From Tricharina praecox (lineage: Eukaryota), in NCBI RefSeq assembly GCF_024521635.1, contig NW_026250414.1, positions 620,001-684,000 on the forward strand: DNA of 64,000 nucleotides, given 5' to 3'. Under the pieces are notes generated by a model that ran no database searches, had not been told where the DNA came from, and was given only the letters and a program-made list of their open reading frames with translations. The position numbers were made by a program, and so were the translations under genes. This document shows, in pieces, positions 63,295 through 64,000 of the stretch. Position 1 is the first letter of the stretch, and the number at the start of each line of letters is the position of its first letter.

Positions 63295-64000
63295 CTAACA
63301 GCTTCCACAAGCCCACCTAATAGACTGGGAAGTGCCACTTGACTCTGGACCCCAGTGTTCCACCGCCGGCCCCTTGATCCTCTCCTCCTTGAGTCGCTTG
63401 TTGGATTCGAGTGCTTCCTGGAGGGCGTTGGGGTCGACGGTCCGGTCATAGAGAGGATTCACCGCTGCCGGGTTGTACAGTAGCTTCTGAAGTTCTTTGA
63501 TGACCTTCGGGTGCATTCCGGAGAATTTCTGTGGTGAGCAGCTCTTCTTGTACCCGGTGTTGGTGAAGGTGTCCGTCGCTGTTGCAGGACCGTTCATGCT
63601 TTTGGTAATTTTGGATCCGGTAAAGGTATTCTCTGCCGTGCGTCGATCTCCGATCGACGTTCTGAAGGCATTTTTAGAACCGGGAAAGCTCTGATCTACC
63701 CTGCTATCCAAAGACTTCTTCCACTTAAATGGGGGCAGGATATTCGGCGAGGTTGTCATGGGAACGGGAGTCATAGGGATGATGAATATATCTTCCAGGG
63801 GTGTCCTGAAAGACACTTTGCGCCCGAGAGTCTTGGGATTGGCGAGCATAGCCGGGACCTTAAGGATTCCTCTGAGCTTGGGCTGGGCAATCTCAAAAAT
63901 CGTGGATATTGTAGAAGTCTCAGTGACGTTTCCGTTGGCCTGTCCACCACCCGTGAATCGTCCATCAGCGTCGTATACTTCCCTAGCATTTGACTCATCT
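63295..64000 (-). CDS. partial hypothetical protein (5' end outside window)
   Basis: Frame is open from 63999 to the stop at 63295; contains LRGILKVP and RKVSF. Confidence 0.55.
   Translation of the reverse strand, partial: DESNAREVYDADGRFTGGGQANGNVTETSTISTIFEIAQPKLRGILKVPAMLANPKTLGRKVSFRTPLEDIFIIPMTPVPMTTSPNILPPFKWKKSLDSRVDQSFPGSKNAFRTSIGDRRTAENTFTGSKITKSMNGPATATDTFTNTGYKKSCSPQKFSGMHPKVIKELQKLLYNPAAVNPLYDRTVDPNALQEALESNKRLKEERIKGPAVEHWGPESSGTSQSIRWACGSC

Overview
Intron-rich fungal genomic DNA (GT-AG introns with CTRAC-like branch sites; probably a filamentous ascomycete, which is an inference). Most ORF-track entries are spurious or exon fragments, so gene models were spliced by hand. Left part: two convergent Pth11-like/rhodopsin-domain membrane protein genes, an FAD-dependent monooxygenase and a ~415-bp spacerless palindrome. 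The centre (~15-48 kb) is the main finding: a cluster of three recurring gene families. These are three tiny multi-exon proteins (S; motif Q-x-L-x-x-RYI...W-x-[IV]-x-[VI]P-x-x-L[TS]-x-x-EI), three CorA-like two-TM proteins with an altered GMN motif plus a possible fourth relic (C), and two paralogous non-RD kinases (K). The core is mirror-symmetric, K1> <C1 <S3 | S2> C2> C3> <K2, with a MITE and retroelement relics interspersed. It is a candidate undescribed kinase/channel/microprotein system, possibly for nonself recognition or regulated cell death; that function is a hypothesis. Right part: a 14-3-3-like gene with an Asn-Gly repeat tail, a small Cys-rich protein, an orphan acidic protein, a partial gene at the window edge and simple repeats.
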